The notes under the pieces are model-generated. The model did not search any database. It saw nothing but the letters and a program-made list of their open reading frames with translations, and was not told where the DNA came from. Made by a program: the position numbers and the translations under genes. From Monocercomonoides exilis PA203 (lineage: Eukaryota; Protista; Preaxostyla): a DNA stretch of 64,000 bases. Below, in pieces: positions 14,030-24,939 of this stretch (positions are counted from its first letter, which is position 1; each line of letters starts with the position of its first letter). The stretch is taken from assembly GCA_001643675.2 (NCBI GenBank), contig LSRY02000061.1, positions 248,001 to 312,000 of the forward strand, in the 5' to 3' direction.

Positions 14030-14163
14030 TTTACGATAAGCTGCGCCAATTATTATTTATTGGCGTAGTTTGGCTTATCCCTGTAAAATGGAACAATAAC
14101 TTATAACAGAAGAATATTATAAGAAGATGGGTTCTGTCCCATTTTAATTATATTATGACATTT
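14030..14163 (+). other. Structured non-coding segment (two hairpins) between divergent genes; candidate small RNA or regulatory structure
   Basis: Stem TTTAC-GATAAG-CTGCGCCAAT/ATTGGCGTAG-CTTATC-GTAAA (14030-14087), with G-U pairs on the + strand; ACAATA at 14093-14098; second stem AAGATGGG/CCCATTTT; ACATTT at 14158-14163. Confidence 0.3.
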
Positions 14164-14231
14164 TAAAAATTTTTCTGTTATTACAGACGCACCATCATTC
14201 TTAATCACCACTTTATTGACATTACTAATTG

Positions 14232-16339
14232 ATGATGAATTTTGCAAATGATCCGCTATTTAATTCTCAAGGTTTGAAAAGTAAAGAATTTTGAAAGAAA
14301 ATAACATAAATGCTTTTTTAGCTGCTGTATCAGCAATCCAAAGCCTTCAATCAAAGATAAAATCTTTAGAAAATGAATTGGTTTGTTTCTTTTTCTTTTC
14401 TTTTTTTAAGCTTTTTCTGATGGAAAATTGTCAAATACAAATAATTATTCAGTTTGAAAAGAATGCAACGTGTCATCGCCTTCAAGAAATGGTTTCTCAG
14501 GCAAATGAGCACGTATATCAATTAGAAAAAGATTTATCATATTCGAAAATAGGTTTGTTTTTTGAATTGATAATTTCAAATAAAATCCATTTGTGAAAAG
14601 ATGCTGACAGAGAACATCAAAAAGTTATTGATTTGGAAAGGTTAACGTCTCAACTGCAAGCAGAGTTAATTTCATTAAAAACAAAAGAGAATTCTGTTTG
14701 AAAATTCTCACTTTGTTTATTTTCGATTATTTTTGGAAAAAATAATATTTGCCTTCATTTGATAGGTAATACAAACAAATCACGAGCTAGAGCAGCGCAT
14801 TTCCATGCTTTCAAAGGATATTAAAGCTATTCCTTTTTTGAAAGAACAAATTGCTGCCTTGCAGAAATTGATTGATCAAGAAAGATCGATGGGGGAAAAA
14901 TGGAAGAAAGATAAGAAAGATGTTTGCAGTATATTTTTTTGAACCTTTTTGAAAAAGCGCTTCAACAAATTTGTTTGTTTATTATTTTCACTCCGAAGTT
15001 GAACGAAGCAAATTCAATTCTTATGAAATCTAATAAACAATTGGCAAAAACTTTATCATCTCTATCTCCATCTGTTCCTTCCTCCACTATAACATCATCT
15101 CCAAGTCACACTACCCGTCGTTCATCGTTGCAGCAAGCCTCAACCAAAAATATTCAATCAGATGAACTTCAAAGCCTTGATGATTTTTCGCTCGACAGGA
15201 AAGGAACTTTTCATCCTCCCTATCAAACATCTGCTACTGACCCATCGACACCTCAGCAGCCTCATCTGATGGCAACGACAAGCCATCTTCCTCTTTCTGA
15301 ACCTCCTCCGTCCTCATCTCTCACACGCCCATTGTCCTTCACAACTACTCCATCGAATTCCCATCTTTCCTCTTCTTTTTTCAATAATCCATTGCTCTAT
15401 TCACAACAATTGTATCCAACTTCATACGAACAACAGAAAAGTGTTGCTTCGATGCCTCCAAAGGAGATTCAAGGCTTATCTAATTCATTCACTTCAAATA
15501 CGCTCTCCTCCCAGAAAATAAGTGCACTTTCTGCTGGGCAAAGCAATGAAAAGGGTGCTTGGGCTGCTGATGATCCGAGGCAACGGTCTACTACTCAAAT
15601 GGAGCAATCACCTGAAAGGAATATGTCTCAATCAATGCCCTATTCATCGGCTTCTTCTTCAAAAATGTTTGATTACTCATTTTCCAAAAAGCCAACGCTT
15701 TCTTCATTCAGCACTTCCACACCATCATCTCACACTTCATCCAGCACTCGAAGCAAAAAAACTGTTCGCAAAAATAAAAAAGAGAAAATTCCATCTTATG
15801 CTCGTCCTTTAACTCCTCCAAGTATGCCTCCAAATCCCAAATCTCCATCGAAGTGTTCGCCTGCTGCTTTTTCTCGCCTTCATTCGCAGCAGCTGGAAAA
15901 GGATGCGTTTCCTGGGGAGCTTCCAGAGTATTCGTATTACGGAAGGTCTATTCGCAGCACATTTACTCGACTGAGGCAAGATCTGCAGAATGAGCTGAAG
16001 CGGCTGCGTAGAGAATACAATCATCTGAGGAAGACGCTGAAGAGAAACCAAATGGACTACTATTCGCAGAATGACGAGGAAGATGAGAGCAATGATGAGT
16101 CTGATGATGATGCAGAATACGAAATGTCAGATGAAGAATTGCCTTTGAGTCAGAGCCATATGTCTTCACATTCATCGATGATTGCAAAGAAATTATCAAA
16201 AATTGCTGCTGAAATAGCAGAAAAATCGCGCCAACTGAAAGAAATGGACGAGTATCATAAAACGGTTGTTGTGGCTAAAACGAAATGCGGGAAATTGCCT
16301 CCATCTAAAAGAGTGAGGCCTAAAACGGCAATTCAATAA
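14232..16339 (+). CDS. Cep57/translokin-like centriolar coiled-coil protein, ~596 aa, 6 exons
   Basis: Exons 14232-14271, 14322-14380, 14453-14552, 14601-14695, 14766-14921, 14999-16339 splice in frame, and all five donors are GTTTG. N-terminal NSQAAVSAIQSLQSKIKSLENE resembles the Cep57 centrosome-localisation motif. C-terminal LQNELKRLRREYNHL...IAEKSRQLKEMDEY resembles the Cep57 microtubule-binding coiled coil (both recognised from memory). The gene model is more certain than the product call. Confidence 0.7.
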
Positions 16340-16652
16340 TTGCCAATAAAAAGAAAATGATAATCCTTCAAATGATTTTTTTTTTTTTATTTCATACATA
16401 GTTGTTTCATTTAAAAAATTATTTCATTTCAATATAATATTGATTTTTTCGTGAAATAACATCGTTTATTTCGGTTTTGTGCTTGGCAATATTTCAAAAC
16501 ATAAATTTTTTGATAGATTCATTTCCATTTAAATTGAAATAATTATAATAATACTTCATTGTTAACAAAAAGAATACATTCTTAGGAAAAAATGACTATA
16601 TTAATGTTTTGTTGTTATTTTGTATAAAACTAAAATTGAAAAAATCCTTTCT

Positions 16653-19600
16653 TTACAAACTTTCTTCTGCGCTTCTCACCATTTCTCTTTCTTCTTCATT
16701 TGCCCAAAGGAAAAATGCTTTCCGTGCAATATGTCTATCTGGATCTTCTTTCATCTTCATCAAAAGCTGCTTTCGTTCTCCATTCACCATCATAGGCTCG
16801 CATTGCATAAGTGCAAACGAAATATTCCTGACGCAAGCACTTGAATGAGCAGCCATTGCCTTTTCAACTGGGTCAGCTTTCTTTGTTGATCCTCTTATTT
16901 GGTATGGAGTGCGTTGACCTATCTGAGCAAACAAAAGCGTATTTCTAATGTTATCGCAAATCATCTTAGAATCTAAGTCTGTCATTCTTCCTGTTTTAAT
17001 CTCCTCTTCTAAATATCCTAAAAATTCATCCGCCGGCACAACTATTGTACGCATCATCAAAGCATCTGCTGCGAGTGATGGATGTGACTCATAAAATGGA
17101 AGAAGCGCTTTTGAGATTTTAACCCATTCATCAGAGACTGCGAATGTACCATCTGGTTTCTTATAAATTGAAGATGTCAGCTTTCCTATCACAGAATTTG
17201 TGAATGAAAAAAATCGAGTCTTCACAGGGAAGTCGAACAGCTTTCGTACGAATTCACAGGCCAAATCGATATCTTTCTCAGAAAGGCAGTCAGAAACAAT
17301 ATGCAAAGCAGTAAGTGAAAGCGTGTTCATCTTGCGAGAAACAATCGGAGCACTCGCAATTTCTGCCATGCGCTTTACAATCCTTCGGGACGGATCCACA
17401 AGTCGTGTTATGCTCCCTCTTTCATTCAGAACATTTTGTTTCACTGTGATGTCTGGATTATCTATAAGCCTCAGCAACTGTTCAACCATCGCTTCAGCCA
17501 ATGTCTCATCAATTTCTTTTCTTTCTTCGTCTGGATTTGCTTTCAACGTGAGGTGCTTTCCTTGATCAGAAGATACAAGAGATCTCAGAGGAAACACAGC
17601 CTCCACCAATGCCGGTTCGGTGCTGCCTGTGAAGGTCTTCATGATGTCCCACGTTTCCTTTCGAGTGATGTAGTTATCTTTCAGTCCATTGAGAATTACA
17701 ACTTGGACGTCTCTGTGAAGCTTCTGAATGGGAAGAGACATCAGCTCATTCCACACAAGTTCTGGGTCGTGTAGCTTCAACGTAAGGCGGATTCTTTCCT
17801 TTGCCAAAGACAGTTTCTTTATCGACAGCGAGTGCAGCACATCCAAAGCATTTAGCGGAGGCATCGAAACAATGGATGATTCGAGGCCCTTCACACAAAC
17901 TCTGCTCTTCTTCTCATCCTTCAGACAATAAAACATCATTTCGATGCCTTCGTCCGTCACAAGTCGCGGAAGTGCCTGCAGCGCCGCTGTAAACACAATT
18001 TCTCTCTCATCTTCTTTCGCCAGGCGCAGAATCCGCTGCGTTGAGATCTGCTTCAGAGTGGCAAGTTTCTTAATTGCACCGATAACCTCATTCGTTGAGA
18101 CATTCACATCAGGCATTTGCGTCTCTGCATAGATCACTTTGTCTAATTCTGCTGCAATGCGTTCCTGCTGCCTCGTTGTGGTCATTCTCAGCAAATTGCC
18201 ATCTCTATCCAACACAAAGTCTGCTCTGGTGTCTTTCGGATCTTTTGAGCTGGGAGAGAAAGACGAATCATCCTTTTCTCCAACTTCTTTCAATTTTTGG
18301 ATAACGATAAATCTCGAAAGCAGATCCTGCCGATTGCAAAATACAAACTTCTGAAACATGTTGCTTTTAATCCAGCCATCTTCCTTTTCGATAAGCTGGT
18401 TCATGATGGCCTGTACCCTTCCGTTTCCGTCTAACTCTTCAAATGGAATGCTTTCTCCCTTTTTGAGGTCTCTCAGACGCAAGGGACGCTTGCGAGAAGC
18501 CCATTTCCTTCTTTTTGTCTGTTTCTTTTTCAACATTTGCTCATCTTTGCCTTCTTCGGTCTTTTGATCTTTTTCTTCGCATTTTTCTTCGGATTTTGAT
18601 GAACATTTTGCTTTCTCACAAAACGGCTTCCAATCCTTCATTTTCATTAGCACTTGCTCAACCTCATACACGTTTTCCTCCTTCTCCAGTTGTTTCTCTA
18701 AAAGTTGCCAGATTTCGTTTGTTCTTGCAGCATTTCGAGGTAATTTCTCGATCATGTCAATAATTGCTGTTATATCTTCGTTTCTTCGATGTATCTCGAA
18801 AATTGGTTCGAAGACTTTCAGAATTATATCTACTTCCGCTTCTGTTGCGTCCTTCAAATATTTCTGAAGATCGCTGCAATAAAGCATGCAGTTCCTTTCT
18901 TTGACAAGTATTTTCAATTGCTCTGCAGCAAAAGGCACATCAATTGGAAGCAGCCTCATCGCAATTTGCTCAATAAGACTGACAGAGTACGAAGAGCATG
19001 CAATGTCATCCAAACACGAACGAAAGTATTGGCCAAGTTGCGTCAAGAACTTTTGCTTTGACTCTGGAGTAGCACCTTTCTTTGTGTCAAACAAATACAA
19101 AGGAAACGCTTGCAGTTCGTTGAGAATTGCAGTTCTGACGTTGTCTTGATCTTTCTTCATCTCCATCACACGATCCATCAGATCATCTTGATGCTCCTTC
19201 CAAGCAGCTATGTTCTGAATAAGTGTCACAATCGCCTTTGTTCGCACGTTTATGTCAACATTGTGAATGCACGACTGCTCCACAGCCAAACATTCATCAA
19301 ATGGAAGATGCACTGCATATGGAAGCTTGTCCTCAGGCCTTTCTTCTTTGTTCATCTTGATCCTTTCACGCTCCGCACGGCGAAGCAGTTCTATTTTCTG
19401 CAATTCACGAGGAAGCCTTTTTTTCAGTGGTTCTCTCAAATTGCCTTCTCCATCCCTCAGCGACGGATGCTCAGTTTTTAATAGTTCAATACATTGTTTT
19501 AATGACAAGTGCTTAACATATTTCATTCTGTTAGAGGAAATAAGATTCTCTCCTCTAATTCCAACTAACGGGCGCGAACCAATTGTAAGCAGATCTGTTA

Positions 19601-20894
19601 AGCTATTAAGAGTCAGCCTTCCAGCCAAATGGGCAAATGAAACTTGGAATACTGGGAAATTTTTGCATCCAACTCGAAAATTTGTTTGAAATAGTTGTTT
19701 TGATTGGATATTTTGCTGCGTTTCGTTGTTATCCATCAAATCAGCTTTGGCTGCAGGTAAATATTCGTCAATGACCATTTTGGCAACTTCTTCAGGATGA
19801 CAATTAGCCATTTGCTGAATATTTATTGACGAAAGTACTCCCACATGCAGCATGAAACGAATCATATCAAACATGGTTTCTTGTTCATTTTTCCTCTCTC
19901 GAATTGATTCGTATTTCATCAATATATTGATTGTTAAGTTGAAAACGTTAACAAACGTAGAAAGTGCTTCTGAATTTGCTTGAAAAGATTTTGATGAAAG
20001 TGGAATTGAATAAAAGGAATCACTTATTGAATTGTTCGATGAAGAAAAAGATGAAGATGATGATGCACTATCATGCCCCTCTTTTGCATTATCTTCGATG
20101 ATAGATTGCATAAGATTCATCTTCCAAATCTTTAAAACTTTAAAAAGATTATCACCATTGTCCTTTGCAAATTCAAGCCACATTTTATTTGTAAACGAAT
20201 GCATCAGCACATTAAAATGGGTCTCGATAACGTTCCATGTTGAATAGCACAGAAGCTGAGGCTTTAATTCCAGTTCGCTCTTGGAAAGAGATTTTACATA
20301 ATTATCGAAAACAGTTGTATCTTCTCCTTTCGATTCATTGAGTGTTGTTGAAAGTTTTTTACGTTGACGTTGAATCTGCTTGCCAAGTTCTGTGAGTTGC
20401 TTGGAGTTAAGCTTTGAAAATATTTCCAAAATTTTTTGGTTCACAATTTGCTTCTCCTCTTTGCTTGCGGTGCATTCGCAATGCGAAACAATTGATGGTA
20501 ACAAACGGATAGCAACTTTTTGAATGATGTGTGAGGAATCGTTTAATGAGCGCAAAACATGTTCAACATCAAAACTTCCAGTGCAAGAATATAATGACAT
20601 TAAACGAAAAGTATGATTATCACTGTCTTCCATCAATTTTAATATGTCTGAAGCTTTCTGAGGTTGGAGACGAAAATCAATTGTTAAGTTTTCATCCTCT
20701 ATTTTATCACAATTTTTTGATGAAATATAATATTTCCCAAGCTGCTTCATCAGTGCAACCCGTAATGTAAAAGGAAGTTTATCTAATTCCTCTTCAACAG
20801 AGTTTAATGAAACATCATTTGGTATGTTGACTAAAAAATGCAAAGCATTTAATGAAGGATGCATTTCAGAAGTCTTATTGAAACAATCTGACAA
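16653..20894 (-). CDS. Large alpha-helical (HEAT/ARM-like) protein of unknown function, ~1,400 aa
   Basis: Uninterrupted 1,413-codon ORF with normal-complexity helical sequence. The first in-frame ATG is at 20864, and a small upstream exon is possible. HEAT-like segments include LNDSSHIIQKVAIRLL, HNVDINVRTKAIVTL, LHRDVQVVIL and EDPDRHIARKA. Confidence 0.85.
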   Translation of the reverse strand: MSDCFNKTSEMHPSLNALHFLVNIPNDVSLNSVEEELDKLPFTLRVALMKQLGKYYISSKNCDKIEDENLTIDFRLQPQKASDILKLMEDSDNHTFRLMSLYSCTGSFDVEHVLRSLNDSSHIIQKVAIRLLPSIVSHCECTASKEEKQIVNQKILEIFSKLNSKQLTELGKQIQRQRKKLSTTLNESKGEDTTVFDNYVKSLSKSELELKPQLLCYSTWNVIETHFNVLMHSFTNKMWLEFAKDNGDNLFKVLKIWKMNLMQSIIEDNAKEGHDSASSSSSFSSSNNSISDSFYSIPLSSKSFQANSEALSTFVNVFNLTINILMKYESIRERKNEQETMFDMIRFMLHVGVLSSINIQQMANCHPEEVAKMVIDEYLPAAKADLMDNNETQQNIQSKQLFQTNFRVGCKNFPVFQVSFAHLAGRLTLNSLTDLLTIGSRPLVGIRGENLISSNRMKYVKHLSLKQCIELLKTEHPSLRDGEGNLREPLKKRLPRELQKIELLRRAERERIKMNKEERPEDKLPYAVHLPFDECLAVEQSCIHNVDINVRTKAIVTLIQNIAAWKEHQDDLMDRVMEMKKDQDNVRTAILNELQAFPLYLFDTKKGATPESKQKFLTQLGQYFRSCLDDIACSSYSVSLIEQIAMRLLPIDVPFAAEQLKILVKERNCMLYCSDLQKYLKDATEAEVDIILKVFEPIFEIHRRNEDITAIIDMIEKLPRNAARTNEIWQLLEKQLEKEENVYEVEQVLMKMKDWKPFCEKAKCSSKSEEKCEEKDQKTEEGKDEQMLKKKQTKRRKWASRKRPLRLRDLKKGESIPFEELDGNGRVQAIMNQLIEKEDGWIKSNMFQKFVFCNRQDLLSRFIVIQKLKEVGEKDDSSFSPSSKDPKDTRADFVLDRDGNLLRMTTTRQQERIAAELDKVIYAETQMPDVNVSTNEVIGAIKKLATLKQISTQRILRLAKEDEREIVFTAALQALPRLVTDEGIEMMFYCLKDEKKSRVCVKGLESSIVSMPPLNALDVLHSLSIKKLSLAKERIRLTLKLHDPELVWNELMSLPIQKLHRDVQVVILNGLKDNYITRKETWDIMKTFTGSTEPALVEAVFPLRSLVSSDQGKHLTLKANPDEERKEIDETLAEAMVEQLLRLIDNPDITVKQNVLNERGSITRLVDPSRRIVKRMAEIASAPIVSRKMNTLSLTALHIVSDCLSEKDIDLACEFVRKLFDFPVKTRFFSFTNSVIGKLTSSIYKKPDGTFAVSDEWVKISKALLPFYESHPSLAADALMMRTIVVPADEFLGYLEEEIKTGRMTDLDSKMICDNIRNTLLFAQIGQRTPYQIRGSTKKADPVEKAMAAHSSACVRNISFALMQCEPMMVNGERKQLLMKMKEDPDRHIARKAFFLWANEEEREMVRSAEESL

Positions 20895-22560
20895 TTTGAT
20901 CTTTTGCCATAATATCTGTTTCTTTTGTTATTCATTTGGCGCAAAATTTTTTTCAATTATGAAAAACACTTAAATATGTTCCATACTTTTTCTTCAATCA
21001 TTTCATTATAAATCAACCGAAACGCTACAAATAATTCCAGAAAAATTCAAAAAGTGAGAAATATATTTTTTAGAGAGGTATGGAACAAAATTCAAAAAGC
21101 TAAAAATTTTGTCCCATTTTTTTTTTGAATAAGTCAACATTTTCAAATTAATTGTTACACACATATGACAATGAGTGCATATATGAGGGATTGAACACGT
21201 GAGTTCGATGCTTGAAGAAGGGGTTTTTTGCGACTGCATAGAGTTTTTGCAATATTTTTTTCTTCACTAAATGGGGTGCAACTTTTTTCATTTCCTTTAA
21301 AATAAATCTCAACCTTTTTTTGAAACTCTCTTTCCTTTTTTGATTTGTGAAAAGGTTAAAAACAAAAACAAAAAAAATTTGCTTCTTGATATAAGACAAA
21401 ATATTTGTCTTCAGACATTTTCATAGAAAAATTATGCACTTTTAATAAACTTTTTGAATTCAAAAAATTTGAAATAAATGTGTTCATTTTTTGACTTTCA
21501 TGGAATATCATAAAACTTTTTGAAACAACATCGTGATGTTTGTTTACAGATTTGAAAATCCAAATTATATTGAAATCTGGTTAAGTTTTAAAAATGTTAT
21601 AAATGAAACAATTTTTTCATGCTTTGTGCAGAAAAAGCTTGAAAGTCCATATTTCCTCCCAAATTTTTTTGTTTTTCAGAATTCTGATCAGAAATTTCTG
21701 AAATTTTTATGTTCAAAAAATATTTATCTATTTTTCTATTTAAGGACCCAGATCAAAGATATGCTGATAATTAAGCGAATATATCATACGGAATGTTTTT
21801 TTCCACAATATCACAATTAGACATACTTGTTTTATTGTTTGAACTGGTTTTAAGCTTTTTCAATTAAAAATTTGACCATTTTTACTCATTTCACTGTTTT
21901 TGGAAAAAACACTCTTTAACATATCTATTTGATTTGATGAAAAATTTAAGCATATTGAAAACAAAAACAATATGATCTAATTTTTTATTTTTGTTTAATT
22001 CTGAAATGAAAAAGAATTGAACAAGAATTTGAAGCGAAATGTGATGTCACATGTAAATTTTGATCAGAAAAAAGTTCGCCATATTCAAATGTTAAGATGT
22101 TTTTTCTCTGAGATATTGATACAAGACAAATTTGTTTTCATTTCGTTTCAAAGAATTTGATAACAAATGAATACATATCTCTGAAATCGCGTTTAATGAA
22201 CAATTGAATGAAATGAGGAAAAATGAAAAAAGCAAGTCGTGAATGTTAAAAACAAATAAAACAAATAAAAAAGAAACGTTGTTTTGTGATATGATAGTTT
22301 TAAACTTCTGAAAATAAGTATTCGCTGGAAAAGCAACAAGTTAATAATCAAAGCATATAATTATTACTATCATCGATCTTATTGAAAAACATGAAATATA
22401 GAAAAAATATTTCTAAATAACTAGATTATTATATAACAAACAGTTCTAGTTATTTTATATTCAAAACAGGCTAGTAATAAGCTGCTGGCAGTGAAAAATA
22501 GAAAAGGGTCTTTATATAGAAAAAAGGTCAAGATAAAATCAGAACCCAACACCAAAAACA

Positions 22561-23402
22561 ATTCAACATCGAAAAAGAAGTTTGAATATACAGAATTTCA
22601 ATTTTGAAAAAAATCAAGGAAATTATTTTGATATGGGTGATTATTTTTGAAATCATATCTTTTTTCGGAGTGTTGATTTTTCAAAGATTAAAAGTTTTTT
22701 AAAAGAGATTTGTGATCAAATGCAAAAATTATCACAACTGTTTTGAAAACAAATGTTTTAACCTCATCAAAAATAAAATTGTCTTCAATAAGCTTTTTCA
22801 CTTTTCACTGTTTATTGGTTAACATTAAAGATTAATTTTTGAACAGAAAATTTTGAAAGAAAAAATTTGATTTCAAAAATAATCACCCATTCAAACGTTG
22901 ATTATATTAAATGTTTATATGTTGAGAATGTTTTTCTTCAATATTAAACTTCTTTTCCCTATTAATTAGATTGATATCAATCGGTCCTTTTCTCACTTTG
23001 AAAATTAAAAAATGTTTGTTTTTTCAATTTCAAATTAAACTTTCGCAGTTTAAAACGTTTAGTTTCAAATAAATGAGACTAATTTCCGTCTTTTTGTACG
23101 TGAAAAAAGATAAAGAACGATCCTATCCTTTCATTATGTTGCAAAAATTACTTATTATCTCCAAAGGACATGTGAAAAGTTTTATAATGATACAAATTTA
23201 TCCTATTTATGCATTTGCACACAATCAAATTCCAAAAAACGTCAAATAATATTTTTCTAATTGAAATTGTCAAATTTCTCAGATCAATAACTGAAAGAAA
23301 AAAAACAGACACGAGTATGAATTTAAATAAAAAAAATTTTTTTTAAAACTTGTTATGATTAATCAATTTTCAATGTTGAATTAAAGTTTTTCGATGTTGA
23401 AT
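22561..23402. repeat. Nested inverted repeats (fold-back / MITE-like relic)
   Basis: Perfect 23-bp IR ATGGGTGATTATTTTTGAAATCA (22633-22655) with 22868-22890; perfect 16-bp IR ATTCAACATCGAAAAA (22561-22576) with 23387-23402; imperfect IR AAAAGAAGTTT(G)AATAT at ~22573-22589 with 22941-22956. Confidence 0.6.
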
Positions 23403-23599
23403 AATTTTTGATGCATTTTTCATTTTATAAAAATTTGGTTCCAATTAAGGAAAAAGTTCCAAAAAAAAGATGAATTAACATTTCCATTTTAGAAAAATAC
23501 AATTAATAACAAAGCTTTTATTTCATGATGAAATAATAAAATATCACTGAATATTGTTTAATAAACTTTGCCACTTGCACTTATAACATTTGTCACTGG

Positions 23600-24935
23600 T
23601 TAAAAAAAAGGAGCAAGGAAATTGCATCCAAATGAGCTTTGATGCATATTATCGTGCCAAAAAAAGTGATTTTTCTCCATTACGATCCACTTTTGTTTGC
23701 ACAAAATCCCCATATCAGCTTTTATCTTTCGCGTTATCAGCAGAATTTTTTGCCGTTCCATTTTCTAATTCATCAATCCTTCTGCTGGGCCAACAAAGAC
23801 ATATCAAAGACATTCTGGTGCTTTTATAAAAATGGCACACAAACAGAATTTTGTAAATACTTTGTGAAACAGTCAAACACAAATGGCATAAATCCATTAT
23901 CCCTTCAAGCAATTGATGCTTCGCTATCTTTCTTGTGATTACTCAGAATGCATCCATTTGCTCAACTGGCACAGAGCTTTTCCACCCGAGCACGATTTCT
24001 CCGAAATACTGCAAACGAAAAAGCTTCAGCTCATCAGATGCAACACCTGCAAATTAACTTGAAAATTTTTTCTTTTAACGAAAAACATAAGCAAAAAACC
24101 CTGATAAATGTTCCGCTTGCAGCTTGCGTTCTCTTTTTTAGTCAAAATGCTCCCATGGAAGATATCCAATTATCATTTTCCATCCAAGCCCTATCGCTTT
24201 CAATGCACTTTGCAAATAAAAACTTCATTCAATAGATTTGCTTTTTAGAAGCCTCTGCTCGCGTTCAAAGGCTCTCTTTTCTGAATATTGCATTAAACAC
24301 TTCTGCTCCAATGATTTTGTGCAGCATGTCATTAATTTAGCATTCCAAAAAAAAAGTAAAGTCACTTGTGCCCTTTATGCCAAAAAAAATGTTTTGTTCT
24401 CAAAAAAGCATGATTTCCACCTGAATTCTGGTCTGGCTTCGCTTCAGAGCAAAACATAAGATTGAAACATTTTAAAGAGCCGATTGAAGCACGTACCACT
24501 TTTGCTTGCAAATGAGCGAGAAATCACCAGCACAAATAATTAAGCACAATTGGAAGACGGGCAATATCCAAAATTCATTAACCCTTCTGATTATCAGATT
24601 GCCTTCATTTTCTTTCGAGATCATCCACTCCATCATCTTCGTCAAAAGCATTATCCAATCGATAGCAGAATTGTGATGTTCAAAGCACCTTTAATGTGAA
24701 TTTGAGAAACTTTTGACTCCAGTACAAAACAAAGATTCATAGAAATTGAAGAGTCTATCCCCATCAGCCATAAGTTAACCTCGTTATTCCAGGCATTATC
24801 GATTAATCTGCGAATTACGATTTTTGAGAAAAAGGACGTCGAATATTATAATGGTTTGAATGAATGCTATTATGGCCGAGCAGATCCAACGTTTTTATTT
24901 GATTTTCGTTTTTTCATTGTTTCTTGGTTGTTCTA
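23600..24935 (+). pseudogene. Possible decayed coding sequence of unknown origin
   Basis: Visibly less AT-rich than the 21-23.5 kb flank; a chain of short + strand ORFs broken by stops (e.g. KNPDKCSACSLRSLF*SKCSHGRYP...ALCK*KLHSIDLLFRSLCSRSK in one frame). No family recognised. Confidence 0.25.
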
Positions 24936-24939
24936 AGAA

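Noticed and set aside
14075-14084. TTATCCCTGT, complementary to the conserved LSU rRNA ACAGGGAUAA (snR38-like C/D guide)
   Set aside because: It is followed by AAAA rather than a CUGA D box, there is no good C box, and a 10-nt match to rRNA is expected by chance.
14101-14142. Minus-strand ATG giving MGQNPS (myristoylation-like) as an alternative first exon of the LRR-PP2C gene
   Set aside because: It stops after 13 codons, and I found no donor matching the local consensus that joins it convincingly in frame.
21000-22500. Short F/K/I-rich ORFs in intergenic DNA (also 37442-37866 and 63292-63601)
   Set aside because: Their composition reflects poly-A/T DNA; there is no coding signal.
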